Shown piece after piece: positions 63,001-64,000 of a stretch of 64,000 bases of DNA. Origin of the DNA: Balanoglossus misakiensis. Lineage: Eukaryota; Animalia; Hemichordata. Below the pieces are notes generated by a model. It saw only the letters and a program-made list of their open reading frames with translations, did not search any database and was not told where the DNA came from. Within the stretch, counting starts at the first letter, position 1. The number at the start of each line of letters is the position of its first letter. The position numbers and the translations under genes were made by a program. The stretch covers positions 11,776,415 to 11,840,414 of the forward strand of contig CM082582.2 of assembly GCA_040954595.2 (NCBI GenBank), in the 5' to 3' direction.

Positions 63001-64000
63001 TCCCCCAACGATCAAATATCTTTATAATCAACAGGAACATTTTGTGACAACCTTCTTGTTCCTCCTGTTTAATGCTCTGTAAGATTTATTTAAAAGCTGT
63101 TACAAATTTTAACCAGTGTAAACTTTCAACCTGTCCGATTTCTAAAATGCAATTCCAGCAATAATTACAATGTTAAAACTATGTGCACAAATCCGATATC
63201 TCTAGCAAAGTGTTTCAGAACTAAAAATATTTCAGCATTCAATTACCATAGAAACCACAACGGCAAAATTCACAGTCGACTCATACCCTGTGTTCAACAA
63301 TAATTTCACTGGTCCAGACAAGGCAGCTCAACCCACTGTAACCATGGCGATGCATTAGTCGCAACACCATTCTTACAACGGCCGTCCTTGCCTTACAGTA
63401 CATTACAAAGGAATAATTTTTCATCATACCCGGTCAAAAATGATATTGTACTTTTGTTCGACAGACCCTGAATACAGACAATATCTTGTTTTGACATCAC
63501 CAATGACTAATGTTCTACTCCATGAGTGCCAGAAAAAATATCAAAAATCACGGTGTCATTGTACGCAACATCCAATGTACAGCAGTCAAGATGTGTATTA
63601 TTGAGTCAAAGCATTTCTTCTTTGCTGTACTCCCCCTAATTGGTCTGCAGATTCATCATGTTGTCATGGTTACTGCACCATGGCATTTTGTTAGGGTGAT
63701 TTTTCTGATGTGCAAATGTATTGATAGAAAGATTCAGAAAAGTTGGTGACAAAAAATTCAAGAATAATAGGTAGATTTTACCTTAATATCTTGGTCTAAT
63801 GTAGGTAATTATGCGCTACTGGGAATTCATTAATACTTAATGGCCTTCAGTGTAAATCAAAGTCCAGGAGAAAACTGTACAAAATGGGAAAAAAAGAAAC
63901 CAATTTCAAAAGTTTATAGATCATACTATTATCAGATCCATCAATAATATACACATACGACTTGGGTGTTTCTCAGGTACGCTACATTATTGATATTCAC

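Noticed and set aside
1-64000. Prokaryotic systems (CRISPR arrays, operons, defence islands), rRNA, autonomous transposases or reverse transcriptases
   Set aside because: The window is spliceosomal-intron-rich animal DNA; I saw no spaced direct-repeat array, rRNA or transposase/RT ORF.
60140-64000. Possible coding exons upstream of the GPCR
   Set aside because: The short ORFs lack motifs or consistent splice phases; the region is more likely 5' UTR exons, introns and promoter of the GPCR.

Overview
This is AT-rich, intron-containing genomic DNA from an invertebrate animal, not a prokaryote; the phylum cannot be fixed from sequence alone. Most ORF-track entries are spurious or exon fragments, so I rebuilt gene models by hand from GT-AG junctions with phase checks. 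There are 12 protein-coding genes, in order: SLC32/VIAAT-like transporter (+), 16-exon BPI/LBP-family gene (-), small coiled-coil protein ending in a CEP290-like C-terminal motif (-), RNF166-like E3 ligase (+), an unnamed VWA + 2x MIB/HERC2 + CaaX protein (+), four SLC52 riboflavin-transporter paralogues (+,-,-,-), SAMHD1 (+), a five-finger C2H2 protein with a MADS-box-like N-terminus (-), and an intronless melatonin-receptor-like GPCR (-). Non-coding features include a tRNA-like cloverleaf with an 8-nt anticodon loop, a TTAA-flanked MITE and microsatellites. The best novelty candidates are the MADS-like/C2H2 fusion, the CaaX-tailed VWA-MIB/HERC2 protein with IRF-type promoter elements, and linkage of families that are also neighbours on human chr20. 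All family assignments come from motif recognition, not database searches.
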